The notes under the pieces were generated by a model. The model did not search any database, was not told the origin of the DNA, and saw only the letters and a list, made by a program, of their open reading frames with translations. Below are positions 8,042-18,707 of a stretch of DNA of 64,000 bases, in pieces. The stretch spans positions 32,001-96,000 of the forward strand of contig CAWIIP010000001.1 in NCBI GenBank assembly GCA_963836235.1, read 5' to 3'. A program made the position numbers and the translations under genes. How positions within the stretch are numbered: the stretch's first letter is position 1; every line of letters starts with the position of its first letter. Source of the DNA: an uncultured Pseudomonadota bacterium. GTDB taxonomy: Bacteria; Oederibacteriota; Muellerivitia; Muellerivitales; Muellerivitaceae.

Positions 8042-10921
8042 ATGAGAAAAAACAGCATCGTCGTTCGCGGGGCTCGTGAACACAATCTAAAAAACATTTC
8101 TGTGGAAATACCCCGTGATCAGTTGGTCGTTATTACGGGAGTTTCAGGCTCTGGAAAATCTTCGCTCGCATTTGATACCCTTTACGCTGAAGGCCAGAGA
8201 CGATACGTGGAATCTCTTTCTTCCTATGCCCGGCAATTTCTTGGGCTCATGGAAAAGCCGGATGTAGATTCAATCGAGGGGCTTTCTCCGGCAGTGGCTA
8301 TTCAGCAAAAAGCGGGAAGTCGTAATCCCCGATCGACCGTTGGAACAAGCACTGAAATTTATGATTATTTCCGACTTTTATTTGCAAGAGTCGGAATTCC
8401 CCATTGCACTAATTGTGGGCGCACAATAAGCCGACAAACAGTTCAGCAAATTGTTGATAGGGTCCTTTCATTTCCGGAAGGATCGAAGTTACACATTTTG
8501 GCACCCCTGATTTCCAGTCGAAAAGGAGAGTACAAAAAAATATTTGATCAAGTCCGAAAAGATGGATTTGTCCGGGTTCGGGTAGATGGCATATTGATGG
8601 AGGTGGACGATCGAATAAATCTTGAAAAAAACAAAAAACATGACATTGAAGTCGTAATTGACCGACTTGTTTTAAAACCAGAAATTAAAAAACGACTTGC
8701 CGATTCTCTTGAAACGGCATCCAAACAAGGGGACGGTATTTTAAAAATTCTTGTCGGTTCCGGCGCCAAGGAAGAAGAACACCTTTTTTCCGAACATTAT
8801 GCTTGCGTGTATTGCGGTATCAGCATGGAAGAGCCGGCACCCCGAAATTTTTCATTTAACAATCCTCATGGGGCTTGTCCAGCTTGCACCGGAATGGGCT
8901 TTAAAATGGAAGCGGATGAATCGCTTGTAATAGATCAGGAAAAGTCCATTCTTGAAGGGGCCATTGATCCTTACGATTCTCCCAAAGCCGTTTATTATCA
9001 AAACTTAGTGGAAGGTTTGTGTCAACATTTTAATGTGAAGCAGGAAACACCGTTTAAAAAATTACCTCAAAAGGTAAAAGATGCTCTTCTTTTTGGGACT
9101 CAGGAGGAAATTGAATTCAAAATTCAAAAGGGCAGTTACCGGCAAAAATTTTGGGGCCCCTTTGAAGGAGTCATTCCAAATTTAGAGAGACGGTATCACG
9201 AAACCGATTCCGAATCCATCCGAGAAGATATTGAGAAATACTTGGTGAGCAAAGCTTGCAGAGCCTGCAAGGGAACGAGATTAAAACCAGAAAGCTTGGC
9301 CGTGACAATTGGAGATAAGAACATTATTGATATTACTAGATTTTCAGTAAAAAAATGCCTGGATTTTTTTGACCAACTAAAGTTGGATACCAAAGCCTTG
9401 GCTGTGGCGGGTCAAATATTGAAGGAGGTCAAAAGCCGATTGCTTTTCCTCAAAAATGTTGGTCTGGATTATTTGACATTGGATCGGATGACTGCCTCCC
9501 TGTCTGGTGGAGAAGCACAACGTATTCATTTAGCTACCCAGATTGGCAGTGCCTTAGTGGGTGTTTTGTATATTTTGGACGAACCTTCCATTGGATTGCA
9601 TCAACGCGATAATGTCAGGCTCTTGGCTACCTTAAACCGATTGCGTGACATTGGAAACACAGTGATTGTCGTGGAGCATGATGAAGATACGATCGAAGCG
9701 GCCGATTTTATTGTAGATATGGGAATTGGAGCAGGTATTGAAGGCGGAGAAGTTGTGGTGGCAGGGTCCCTAGAGCAAGTTTTATCTAATCGTCGTTCCT
9801 TGACAGGTCAATATCTTTCTGGAGAACTTTCAATAGGACCAAAACTTGAAACAAATAGAAAGCAAGAAAAGTTTTTGACTTTGGTAGGGGCCTCAAAAAA
9901 TAACCTTAAAAATCTGACGGTTAGACTTCCGTTAGGATGTTTTATAGCTGTTACGGGAGTTTCAGGCTCCGGAAAAAGCACTTTGGTAATGGAAACGCTG
10001 TACCCGGCCTTACTTCATCAACTTTATCAATTCAGAATAAAGCCGGAAGGTTATGAGTCGTTATCGGGAGTCGAAAATGTAGACAAAATCATTGAAATTG
10101 ACCAATCCCCAATTGGACGAACTCCTCGGTCTAATCCCGCGACTTATACAGGTGTTTTTACCCAAGTTCGAGATCTTTTTGCTAGGCTGCCTGAATCCAA
10201 AGTCCGAGGTTACAAAGAAGGTCGTTTTAGTTTTAATGTGAAGGGGGGGCGTTGCGAGGCCTGTGAGGGGGATGGTGTTATTAAAATAGAGATGCATTTT
10301 TTACCCGATGTTTATGTACCTTGTGAAGTTTGCAAAGGCAAGCGTTATAATCGGGAGACATTGGAGATATTGTTTAAAGGAAAAAGTATTTCTGATATTT
10401 TGGAATTGAGTGTGGAAGAGGCTTTGCCTTTTTTCGCTTCCATTCCGAAGATCAATAAAATTTTGGAAACTCTACTTGAAGTAGGGTTAGGTTATATCAA
10501 ATTGGGCCAATCAGCAACCACGCTTTCGGGTGGGGAGGCCCAAAGGGTTAAGCTTTCGACTGAGCTGGGAAAGCGGAGCACCGGCAAGACCGTTTACATT
10601 TTAGATGAACCTACTACGGGGTTGCATTTCGCGGATGTTCACCATCTAATTCGGGTTTTGAATCGATTAGTTGATGCCGGCAATACGGTGATTGTTATTG
10701 AGCATAATTTGGATGTGATTAAAATTGCGGACTATATTCTTGACTTGGGGCCGGATGGTGGCGACGAGGGCGGCCAATTGGTAGTGTCTGGAAGCGTAAA
10801 ACAAGTGACGGAAAATTCAAAGTCTCATACAGGTCGGTTTTTGGCCGAGAAGATTCGAAAAGACCTAAACCGAGTGAAAAGTCAGGGAAAACGTGCCTTC
10901 ACCATTGGAAATGCGCGTTGA
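8042..10921 (+). CDS. uvrA: Excinuclease ABC subunit A
   Basis: GAREHNLKN, two Walker A GVSGSGKS motifs, LSGGEAQR signatures, zinc fingers. Confidence 0.98.
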   Translation: MRKNSIVVRGAREHNLKNISVEIPRDQLVVITGVSGSGKSSLAFDTLYAEGQRRYVESLSSYARQFLGLMEKPDVDSIEGLSPAVAIQQKAGSRNPRSTVGTSTEIYDYFRLLFARVGIPHCTNCGRTISRQTVQQIVDRVLSFPEGSKLHILAPLISSRKGEYKKIFDQVRKDGFVRVRVDGILMEVDDRINLEKNKKHDIEVVIDRLVLKPEIKKRLADSLETASKQGDGILKILVGSGAKEEEHLFSEHYACVYCGISMEEPAPRNFSFNNPHGACPACTGMGFKMEADESLVIDQEKSILEGAIDPYDSPKAVYYQNLVEGLCQHFNVKQETPFKKLPQKVKDALLFGTQEEIEFKIQKGSYRQKFWGPFEGVIPNLERRYHETDSESIREDIEKYLVSKACRACKGTRLKPESLAVTIGDKNIIDITRFSVKKCLDFFDQLKLDTKALAVAGQILKEVKSRLLFLKNVGLDYLTLDRMTASLSGGEAQRIHLATQIGSALVGVLYILDEPSIGLHQRDNVRLLATLNRLRDIGNTVIVVEHDEDTIEAADFIVDMGIGAGIEGGEVVVAGSLEQVLSNRRSLTGQYLSGELSIGPKLETNRKQEKFLTLVGASKNNLKNLTVRLPLGCFIAVTGVSGSGKSTLVMETLYPALLHQLYQFRIKPEGYESLSGVENVDKIIEIDQSPIGRTPRSNPATYTGVFTQVRDLFARLPESKVRGYKEGRFSFNVKGGRCEACEGDGVIKIEMHFLPDVYVPCEVCKGKRYNRETLEILFKGKSISDILELSVEEALPFFASIPKINKILETLLEVGLGYIKLGQSATTLSGGEAQRVKLSTELGKRSTGKTVYILDEPTTGLHFADVHHLIRVLNRLVDAGNTVIVIEHNLDVIKIADYILDLGPDGGDEGGQLVVSGSVKQVTENSKSHTGRFLAEKIRKDLNRVKSQGKRAFTIGNAR

Positions 10922-10946
10922 CGGTTATTTCGCGCAAGGATATAAT
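10918..10946 (+). promoter_or_regulatory. Near-consensus sigma70 promoter for PorV-like gene 2
   Basis: TTGACG-17 nt-TATAAT overlapping the uvrA stop codon. Confidence 0.75.
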
Positions 10947-10981
10947 TTCGCTAAGCCTAACAACAAAGAGGTTTTTCCACA

Positions 10982-11959
10982 TTGAAAAAAATTTTTAGTT
11001 TTTACCGTTTTATTATTGAAACAATAATAGTATTTATCATTTGTTTATCAGCGGGTTTTCACCCGGCTTTTTCCCAAAACGGACCCGGTACAACAGGAGC
11101 TGTCGCACTTAAAATCCCTGTGGGACCCAGGGCCATCGCCATGGGGCAAGCCTTTGTGGCCGTGGCTGATGATGCAAATGCCATTTATTGGAATCCTGCA
11201 GGATTGAATCAATTGGGTGGAACCCATTTGACGGCTCAATATGATTCTTTTATCAGCACAGAATCTTATGATTTCCTAGCCGCTGCCACGAAACTGGGTA
11301 ATAACGCAGCCGTCGGTCTTGGGGTGAAAATATTATCATCAGGGCCACCGGAACCGGGAACTGATATAAATGGAAACGTAGTTCCGGGAGAGTTTGTTGG
11401 CGAGAATTATATGGATATTGATTTGGCGGGTGCCTATCGTTTGAGCTATTATTTTGATGTCGGATTAACGGCAAAATATATTAGCGAAAGTCTTTATGGA
11501 CCAAGTGGTTCGACTTTTGCAGTTGATTTAGGAATTCTCTATAAGACACCTATCCCTCATTTTACTGCCGGACTGAATTTTCAAAATTTAGGACCGGGGT
11601 TAAAAATTGGCTCGACTGCAGACCCACTTCCCCGCAACCTGAAAATCGGTGTTGCGTACAGAATGTTTGACAATAATTTTACAACCGCCTTTGATGTGAA
11701 TTTTCCCGATGATAACGCCATATCCACTAGTTTGGGCGGTGAATACTGGTACAAAAATACCTTGGTTGGCCGGTTTGGCTACCAGTTCCAGGGTTCAATT
11801 GATCAAAATCAAGTTGGGATCGGCGGGAAGGCGGGCTTGTATTTGGGCGCTGGTGTGAAGGTGGCGGCTTTTAAAGATTTCATTGGTTTGGATTATGCCT
11901 GGACGAATGATGGTTTTTTAGGCGCAGAAAATCTATTTGCCCTGGACTTTTATTTCTGA
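10982..11959 (+). CDS. PorV/PorQ (UPF0164)-family outer-membrane beta-barrel, second paralog
   Basis: GTTGAVALKIPVGPRAIAMGQAFVAVADDANAIYWNPAGL signature; DPLPRNLKIGVAY; C-terminal DFYF beta-signal. Confidence 0.88.
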   Translation: MKKIFSFYRFIIETIIVFIICLSAGFHPAFSQNGPGTTGAVALKIPVGPRAIAMGQAFVAVADDANAIYWNPAGLNQLGGTHLTAQYDSFISTESYDFLAAATKLGNNAAVGLGVKILSSGPPEPGTDINGNVVPGEFVGENYMDIDLAGAYRLSYYFDVGLTAKYISESLYGPSGSTFAVDLGILYKTPIPHFTAGLNFQNLGPGLKIGSTADPLPRNLKIGVAYRMFDNNFTTAFDVNFPDDNAISTSLGGEYWYKNTLVGRFGYQFQGSIDQNQVGIGGKAGLYLGAGVKVAAFKDFIGLDYAWTNDGFLGAENLFALDFYF

Positions 11960-12074
11960 TCTTTGTTATTTTCCTTCTCGCTTTACTTATATTCCTTTTG
12001 TGTTTAGGTGACGTAAACTTGGGTTTTGTTTTAGCTTAGCCCAAAGATAACTATTTAAAATTTGAGGACATTTC

Positions 12075-12731
12075 ATGAGTTCTGAACAAGAAATTTTCGA
12101 AAAATGCGGCAGGACCTACAACAACAATGATGTCATTTTTCGTGAAGGTGATATGGGCAATGAAATGTTCATTATCCAGTCGGGTAAGGTGAAAATAACA
12201 AAACAGCTCAAAGATGGTGTTGAAAAGACTTTGGCCATTTTAGGACCAGGGGATTTTTTTGGTGAAATGGCCGTTATCGACAAAGATGTCCGCTCGGCAA
12301 ATGCGATTGCGATTGAACCCTCGCGCCTCATTGCTTTGGATGAGGATGTTTTCGAAATGCATATGCAAACCAACCCCAAGATTGTAAAGAAAATTTTAAA
12401 GAACTTAACGTCCCGTCTTCGGGAATCCAACCAACAAATCGCTAATCTAATGATCAAGGACGCCAATCGATTAGTGGCCAATACTATTTTGTTGGTGGTA
12501 CACAAACACGGTGAAGAGGGTCCGGCTGGAATCACTGTGGATATTCCTTTTACGGTAGGGGAATTGAGCAAAATGTGCGGCTTGGAAACAGCAAAAACCC
12601 AAGAAATTGTTGACAAGCTTATCAAAGCTAAAGTTGTCCGCTTGTCGGGAGAAACAATCATGGTAACGAGTTTGGATAATCTCGAAAAATTCATCAAGTT
12701 TTTAGAGATGAAAGAACAATTTGGAGAATAA
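12075..12731 (+). CDS. Crp/Fnr-family cyclic-nucleotide-binding regulator
   Basis: IFREGDMGNEMFIIQSGKVKI, GDFFGEMA...RSANA phosphate-binding cassette, C-terminal HTH-like segment. Confidence 0.9.
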   Translation: MSSEQEIFEKCGRTYNNNDVIFREGDMGNEMFIIQSGKVKITKQLKDGVEKTLAILGPGDFFGEMAVIDKDVRSANAIAIEPSRLIALDEDVFEMHMQTNPKIVKKILKNLTSRLRESNQQIANLMIKDANRLVANTILLVVHKHGEEGPAGITVDIPFTVGELSKMCGLETAKTQEIVDKLIKAKVVRLSGETIMVTSLDNLEKFIKFLEMKEQFGE

Positions 12732-12746
12732 TAGGAATCCATGTTC

Positions 12747-12774
12747 AAGCCCCGCAATTTTGTGGGGCTTTTTT
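12747..12774 (+). terminator. Intrinsic terminator
   Basis: AAGCCCCGC-aatttt-GTGGGGCTT followed by TTTT. Confidence 0.85.
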
Positions 12775-12856
12775 GTATGTTTTATTATCGAGAGAATGTT
12801 TTGCGAGTTCATCACAATGCCCCTCAATGACAAGATATTAGGCACAGAGTAAAAGC

Positions 12857-13831
12857 GTGATACTGACAGAATTAACCGCGTCCATCCAAAATGATTTAAA
12901 TCGGGTTGAGCAAACCATTGCTGAAACGCTCCGGACCGAGAATGTTTTTATTCAACAAATGGTTGATTATCTTTCTGGTTCCACAGGGAAAAGGATCAGG
13001 CCAGCTCTCGGCATTTTATCCGCTAAATACTGTGGACAAGTCACAGATGAAACAATTGCCTTGGGTGCGGCCTTAGAGATGATCCACGTGGCAACACTTA
13101 TTCACGATGATATTATTGACAATTCTGAAATCCGTCGAAAACAGAAAACCTTGAATTTTAAATGGGGAAATGAAATTTCTGTTTTGATGGGTGATTATGT
13201 TTTTGCCTCATCTTTTTATTTGATGGCAAAAAAACTGCCCAAGAATATTTTAAGTACCCTTGCTGATACCACCAACATTATTTGCCGAGGGGAAATATCA
13301 GAAACCTTCCACCGATTTAATGCCGGGTTGACCGAAGCCCAATATTTTGACGTCATTAAGGAAAAAACGGCTAGCCTTTTTGCGGCAAGTTGCCAGACGG
13401 GTGCTATGCTGGCAGAAGGTGATGAAAGTGATATTGAAAACCTCTACCGCTTTGGCATGGGAATCGGAATGGCTTTTCAAGTAATTGATGATACTTTGGA
13501 CTTTGTTGGTAAAGAATCTACGATTGGGAAACCGGTTATGAGCGATTTGCGGGAAGGAAAGCTAACCCTTCCCGTCATCCATTGCTTCAATTGTGGCTCC
13601 CCGAGTGAAAAAGAAAAATTGACGGAGATTATTTTGAGTAAAGTAAAAAATGATAGCGACGTTCAATTTCTGAATTCCCTAATCGAAAAATACAAGGCGA
13701 TCGATTTTTCCATCAAAAGAGCGCGTCTTTTTGTGGAAGAAGCTAAATCAGCCCTTGATGAGTTGGATGAAAAGCCATCGAAAATCGAGTTGCTTTATTT
13801 TGCTGATTTTTTAATTAACAGAGATTTTTGA
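12857..13831 (+). CDS. Long-chain polyprenyl diphosphate synthase (IspB/HepT-like)
   Basis: GKRIRP, ATLIHDDIID (FARM), FQVIDDTLD (SARM), DLREGKLTLP. Confidence 0.93.
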   Translation: MILTELTASIQNDLNRVEQTIAETLRTENVFIQQMVDYLSGSTGKRIRPALGILSAKYCGQVTDETIALGAALEMIHVATLIHDDIIDNSEIRRKQKTLNFKWGNEISVLMGDYVFASSFYLMAKKLPKNILSTLADTTNIICRGEISETFHRFNAGLTEAQYFDVIKEKTASLFAASCQTGAMLAEGDESDIENLYRFGMGIGMAFQVIDDTLDFVGKESTIGKPVMSDLREGKLTLPVIHCFNCGSPSEKEKLTEIILSKVKNDSDVQFLNSLIEKYKAIDFSIKRARLFVEEAKSALDELDEKPSKIELLYFADFLINRDF

Positions 13832-13869
13832 GTGAGTTTTGTTCGTTGTGGTTCACTTTAAGTTATGCC

Positions 13870-13900
13870 TTGAAATTTAATGTGATGGTGTGTATAGAAT
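13870..13900 (+). promoter_or_regulatory. Probable nuo operon promoter
   Basis: TTGAAA followed by TG-TATAGA (17 nt) or TAGAAT (19 nt). Confidence 0.4.
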
Positions 13901-13947
13901 AGTTTGCATTTCCAGTTTGACCCCAGTCGTTCTCAAAAGAGAGGCCC

Positions 13948-14328
13948 ATGCTAGAACAATACGGCTATGTTTTGGTTTTTCTCTTTGCTGGAATTTTCTT
14001 CATCCTCATGGCCTTCGTGACAGGTTGGGCTTTAAGCCCAAATGGGTTGCTCGGTCTCAAATATAAATACAAAAAAGAAATTCTGGTCGATACTTATGAA
14101 TGTGGTGTTGAAACCTATGGAACCTCCTGGATCAGATTTAATGTAAGCTTTTACCTTTATGCCCTTTTGTTTGTCATTTTTGACATCGAAACGGTGTTTT
14201 TGTACCCTTGGGCTGTTTCTTTTCGACAATTGGGTATGTTCGGATTTTTAGAAATGATTGTCTTTATAGCTATATTGTTGGTGGGACTGGCGTATGCCTG
14301 GAAAAAGGAGGCCTTAAAATGGGAGTAG
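13948..14328 (+). CDS. nuoA: NADH-quinone oxidoreductase subunit A
   Basis: [19 protein letters not shown]. Confidence 0.95.
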   Translation: MLEQYGYVLVFLFAGIFFILMAFVTGWALSPNGLLGLKYKYKKEILVDTYECGVETYGTSWIRFNVSFYLYALLFVIFDIETVFLYPWAVSFRQLGMFGFLEMIVFIAILLVGLAYAWKKEALKWE

Positions 14329-14861
14329 GTTTAAAAGGCTTATCCAAACCTGAGATCGATTTGATGGAAAGCGAAAGCAAAGTCCCGGGGTTGTGGACCC
14401 TGGAAAAAGCCGTTGGATTCATTTTTCGCTGGGCCAGAAAAAATTCATTATGGCCTCTTCAGTTTGGAACGGCCTGTTGCGCCATTGAGATGATGGCGAC
14501 GGCAGCCGGTCGATATGATATCGCCCGTTTCGGAGCCGAGGTTTTTCGTCCTTCACCGCGACAAGCAGACCTTATTATTGCTGCTGGAACGATCACTGAA
14601 AAAATGGGCTATGCTTTGAAGAAGCTTTATGAACAGATGCCGAAGCCTAGTTGGATAATTGCAATGGGCAGCTGCACGATCGCAGGGGGGCCTTATTATT
14701 ACGACTCCTATACGGTCGTCAAAGGAATTGATTCTTTTGTTCCGGTTGATGTTTATGTGCCGGGATGTCCACCTAGGCCTGAATCGTTACTCCATGGATT
14801 GATGGCGATCCAAAAAAAAATTGAAGACGAACCTATTTTTCGCCGTCGCCCAAACACATGA
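14319..14861 (+). CDS. nuoB: NADH-quinone oxidoreductase subunit B
   Basis: [26 protein letters not shown]; start moved to ATG 14319 behind AAGGAGG. Confidence 0.95.
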   Translation: MGVGLKGLSKPEIDLMESESKVPGLWTLEKAVGFIFRWARKNSLWPLQFGTACCAIEMMATAAGRYDIARFGAEVFRPSPRQADLIIAAGTITEKMGYALKKLYEQMPKPSWIIAMGSCTIAGGPYYYDSYTVVKGIDSFVPVDVYVPGCPPRPESLLHGLMAIQKKIEDEPIFRRRPNT

Positions 14862-14944
14862 GAGAAATTATTTTTAATGAAAAGCTGGCCGATCTTATTT
14901 CTGTAAAATTTTAATTCGTTGGTTTCTCAAGGGGTTTGATTTTT

Positions 14945-15418
14945 ATGACTGTGGAAGAACTAAAAACAAAAATCGAAACTGATTTTAAAGAGAAAATTGT
15001 ATCTGTTGTTTTGTCGGCACAAAAGGAAGTTTTGATAACGGCGAAACCAGAGGCCTATGTTTCGCTGTGCCAAGGTTTAAAGGATAAGCCGGAATATTCC
15101 TTCCAACATCTCTCCTGCCTCACAGCTGTCGACTATATCAAAGAAAACAAAATTACTGTTGTCGACCATCTTTGGTCTTACGATAAATGCCATCAGGTAA
15201 CAGTCAAATTGGAAGTAGATCGGGCCGTTGGGAAGGCTCCGACAGTTGAGAATGTTTGGAAAAGCGCTAATTGGTTTGAGCGGGAAGTATTCGATCTTTA
15301 CGGCATTGTTTTCGAAGGCCATTCGGATTTGCGCCGCATCATGATGCCGGACGACTATGCCAAATATCCTCTCAGAAAGGATTTCGCGGATGACGGATTT
15401 ATTGTTAAGCCAAATTAA
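14945..15418 (+). CDS. nuoC: NADH-quinone oxidoreductase subunit C
   Basis: [37 protein letters not shown]. Confidence 0.95.
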   Translation: MTVEELKTKIETDFKEKIVSVVLSAQKEVLITAKPEAYVSLCQGLKDKPEYSFQHLSCLTAVDYIKENKITVVDHLWSYDKCHQVTVKLEVDRAVGKAPTVENVWKSANWFEREVFDLYGIVFEGHSDLRRIMMPDDYAKYPLRKDFADDGFIVKPN

Positions 15419-16535
15419 ACCCGGTGGTGAATCCCAGTTTGGGACGGATGAGTATGTTGTCAATATGGGTCCGCAACATCCGGCGACTCACGGTGTTTTG
15501 CGTTTGGTGCTGAAACTGGATGGCGAAACAGTCAAGGAGACCTTACCGGTTTTAGGTTATCTTCACCGTTCCATTGAAAAAATCAGTGAAAACCGAACTT
15601 ATCCCCAGTGCATCACCTATACCGACCGGGTGGATTATGTCTCGGCTATGAGCGTGAACCTGGCATTTGCGCTGGCGACCGAGAGGCTTATGGGCATTGA
15701 AGCTCCTCCGCGGGCGCAGTGGCTGAGGATGGTTTTTGTCGAATTGCAACGATTGGCCAGCCACCTTTTGTGGATGGGAGCGTTTGCCGGAGACATCGGG
15801 GCTTTGACTCCTTTCCTTTATGGTCTTCGGGAAAGAGAACGAATCTTAGATCTTTTTGAAATGACCTGTGGCCAGCGCCTAACCTACAACTATATTCGCA
15901 TCGGCGGAGTCATGATTGATATCCTGCCCGATTTCACCGAAAAGTGCCGCTCTTTTCTCGATTATTTCGAACCAAAGATCAATGAGTATGAAGGTCTCCT
16001 AACTTATAACCCAATTTTTCTGGAACGGACCAAGGGTGTGGGGGTTATTACTCCGGAATACGGAATCAATAGTGGCGTTTGCGGTCCTTCCCTTCGTGGG
16101 TCCGGGGTTTCTTGCGACGTTCGCAAACAACAGCCTTATCTTTATTACGACCAAGTGAAGTTCACCGAATGTTTGGAGAACGACGGGGACTGTTGGGCAA
16201 GGTATATGGTTCGGATGAAGGAGATGCGGGAAAGTGTTTCAATTATCCGTCAAAGCTTGGATCGTTTGGAACCAGGGCCAGTCGAAGCCAAACTCCCACC
16301 CATACTAAAAGCGCCTCCGGCCAGTGAGATTTATTCGCGCATTGAATCCTCACGGGGTGAAATGGGGATATACCTGGTGGGGGATGGAACGCCAAAGCCT
16401 TATAAGGTGAAATACCGTTGCGCTTCTTTCAGCAATCTTTATGTTTTGGACCAATTGACGCGGGGATGGAAAGTTGCCGATATCATGGCAGTTTTGGGAA
16501 GTCTGGATATGATTGTGCCGGAAGTCGACCGTTAA
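15390..16535 (+). CDS. nuoD: NADH-quinone oxidoreductase subunit D
   Basis: [25 protein letters not shown]-terminal EVDR; no CxxC Ni ligands, so not a hydrogenase large subunit. Confidence 0.95.
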   Translation: MTDLLLSQIKPGGESQFGTDEYVVNMGPQHPATHGVLRLVLKLDGETVKETLPVLGYLHRSIEKISENRTYPQCITYTDRVDYVSAMSVNLAFALATERLMGIEAPPRAQWLRMVFVELQRLASHLLWMGAFAGDIGALTPFLYGLRERERILDLFEMTCGQRLTYNYIRIGGVMIDILPDFTEKCRSFLDYFEPKINEYEGLLTYNPIFLERTKGVGVITPEYGINSGVCGPSLRGSGVSCDVRKQQPYLYYDQVKFTECLENDGDCWARYMVRMKEMRESVSIIRQSLDRLEPGPVEAKLPPILKAPPASEIYSRIESSRGEMGIYLVGDGTPKPYKVKYRCASFSNLYVLDQLTRGWKVADIMAVLGSLDMIVPEVDR

Positions 16536-16563
16536 TATTCGTGATTCAAGGAAACATTGAAAT

Positions 16564-17625
16564 ATGTTAACCGGTGAAAACATCGTCAAATTCGTGGCGG
16601 GACTTCTGACTCAGGTTTATTCCATTGCGGGTCTGAAGGACTATTCCGGAGTTTTGAATCGTATTGTTTGCGCGGTTGTAATGTTCGGTTTTGTCTCTGT
16701 TTTTGTCATGTTTTTAGTATGGATGGAAAGGAAGGTTTCAGCCCGTATGCAGAGCCGTCTTGGCCCTAACCGTGTGGGCCCTTTTGGATTGCTTCAAACT
16801 CTTGCCGACGCTATTAAATTGACGACTAAAGAAGATGTTAAACCCGTGAAACGGGATAAGCTTCCTTACTTTATCGCGCCGATCCTGGCTTTTGTCGCGA
16901 CCTTCATGGGAATGGTGGTTGTCCCATTTGATAATAAAGTGGTTGTTGCGGATTTGAACATCGGTGTTTTATATATCATCGCTATCACCAGCTTTACGGT
17001 CATCGGCATCCTTTCGGCGGGCTGGAGTTCCAATAACAAGTATTCCATGCTCGGAGGTTTCCGATCGGCGGCGCAGATAGTCAGTTATGAGGTTCCGCTC
17101 GTGCTGTCGTTGGTTCCGGTTATCATGATTACGGGAAAACTTAACTTCAGCGGTATAGTGGAATACCAACAGCTACATGGTTATTGGTTCGTGTTTCCCC
17201 AGATGGTTGCGTTTTTGACCTTCATTGCGTCGGCCACCGCCGAGGCCAATCGGGCCCCATTCGATATTCCCGAGGCCGAATCGGAATTAACGGGAGGGTT
17301 TCATACCGAGTATTCGGGGGTTAAATTTGCCATGTTTTTCTTGGGGGAATACATCGCCATTGTGGTTTCGGCGGCCGTGGCGGCGACGGTTTTCCTGGGC
17401 GGCTGGCTTCCTCCACTCTATTTTTTGGGTTTTATTCCAGGTTTTGTTTGGTTCATTCTCAAAGTGCTTTTGATTATTTACCTCATCATGGCTTTCCGGT
17501 GGACTTTCCCCAGACTGCGAGTGGACCAGTTAATGGATTTCGGTTGGAAGGTTTTGATCCCAGTCACGATTGCGAATATTCTAATAACCGGTTTCGTGGT
17601 TCTGCTGTTTAGTAAGGGGGTTTAA
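16564..17625 (+). CDS. nuoH: NADH-quinone oxidoreductase subunit H
   Basis: ERKVSARMQSRLGPNRVGPFG, PFDIPEAESELTGGFHTEYSG. Confidence 0.96.
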   Translation: MLTGENIVKFVAGLLTQVYSIAGLKDYSGVLNRIVCAVVMFGFVSVFVMFLVWMERKVSARMQSRLGPNRVGPFGLLQTLADAIKLTTKEDVKPVKRDKLPYFIAPILAFVATFMGMVVVPFDNKVVVADLNIGVLYIIAITSFTVIGILSAGWSSNNKYSMLGGFRSAAQIVSYEVPLVLSLVPVIMITGKLNFSGIVEYQQLHGYWFVFPQMVAFLTFIASATAEANRAPFDIPEAESELTGGFHTEYSGVKFAMFFLGEYIAIVVSAAVAATVFLGGWLPPLYFLGFIPGFVWFILKVLLIIYLIMAFRWTFPRLRVDQLMDFGWKVLIPVTIANILITGFVVLLFSKGV

Positions 17626-18138
17626 ATGACAACTTTATACGCGTACCTTAAAGCCATTGTTCTGGGACTTTGGAATTTGTTGGTGGGGCTATCCATCACT
17701 TCCAGTTATGTTTTCAAAAAAACAACGACCCAACAATATCCAGAAGAAAAACTTCCACTTCCAGCTCGAAGCCGCAGCATGATTAAGTTGATATATGACG
17801 GAGAAAAAGACCAGTTTAACTGTGTGGCCTGCATGATGTGCGCTAAGGCTTGCCCCAACAACTGCATCAAATTGGAAGGCGTTCGCGGAGCGGATGGCAA
17901 ACGCCGGATGACGACCTTCAAACTGGATTTTTCCACCTGTATTTTCTGCGGTTATTGCGTAGAAGCCTGTGGTTTTGATGCCCTGACATTCGTATCGGAA
18001 GAATATGAGAATTCAGTTTATAAAAGGGGAAGTTTGTTGCAGGACGAGCACGCCATGAAGTGGGCTCGTCCCGCCCATCTCGCACCGGCACTCGAGGAAA
18101 CCGCCAAAGTCGAAGCGGTGGCCGGAGCAAAAGCATGA
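17626..18138 (+). CDS. nuoI: NADH-quinone oxidoreductase subunit I
   Basis: Two CxxCxxCxxxC 4Fe-4S motifs, TQQYPEE. Confidence 0.93.
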   Translation: MTTLYAYLKAIVLGLWNLLVGLSITSSYVFKKTTTQQYPEEKLPLPARSRSMIKLIYDGEKDQFNCVACMMCAKACPNNCIKLEGVRGADGKRRMTTFKLDFSTCIFCGYCVEACGFDALTFVSEEYENSVYKRGSLLQDEHAMKWARPAHLAPALEETAKVEAVAGAKA

Positions 18139-18707
18139 CCGAAACAATTTTTTACGCCTTGGCGGGTGTTATTGTGGCCTCGGCCATCCTGGTTGTTTCA
18201 GTGAGAAATCTTTTCCATTGTGCTCTTGCCTTAGCCCTGACCATGTTCGGTATTTCGGGCATTTACCTCTATCTAGATTGGGAATTCTTGGCGGCCGTTC
18301 AAGTGTTGATTTATGTCGGAGCCGTGACAGTACTCATCATTTTCGGCATTATGTTGACCCGTAAAGTGATGGATGATAACGCGAGGGTCATGAACAATCA
18401 GGTTTTGTTTTCGTTCTTAGCGGCTGTGGCTGTATTGTTCATTCTCTTTGAAGTCATTGGGCGATCATCCTTCCAACAAAATGACCATCCAACGGCGGCA
18501 ATGGCGGCGGCTTCTTCCTTGGTTGGAACAACGCAAACGGGGGCTTCCGCATCTTTACCCGACAGTTATCAAAACGACGTCCTTTCTTTGGGAGGGGCGT
18601 TATTGAAGCCACAAAATGGCTTTGCTTTCGCATTTGAATTTGTCTCAATACTCCTTTTGTCAGCGCTGGTAGGTGCCGTCGTCATAGCCCGAAAGGATCC
18701 TGCATGA
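18135..18707 (+). CDS. nuoJ: NADH-quinone oxidoreductase subunit J
   Basis: EFLAAVQVLIYVGAVTVLIIFGIML, FEFVSILLLSALVGAV; start ATG 18135 overlaps the nuoI stop. Confidence 0.93.
   Translation: MTETIFYALAGVIVASAILVVSVRNLFHCALALALTMFGISGIYLYLDWEFLAAVQVLIYVGAVTVLIIFGIMLTRKVMDDNARVMNNQVLFSFLAAVAVLFILFEVIGRSSFQQNDHPTAAMAAASSLVGTTQTGASASLPDSYQNDVLSLGGALLKPQNGFAFAFEFVSILLLSALVGAVVIARKDPA

Noticed and set aside
12116-12757. 213-aa antisense ORF over the Crp-family gene
   Set aside because: Codon-aligned shadow of a well-supported gene, with no recognisable motifs
12800-12820. TTGCGAGTTCATCACAA as a Crp or Rex site upstream of the polyprenyl synthase
   Set aside because: Half-site spacing is one base short for both consensus motifs
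14319-16535. nuoBCD as a group 4 [NiFe]-hydrogenase
   Set aside because: The large subunit lacks both CxxC nickel-binding motifs and keeps the NuoD quinone-site residues
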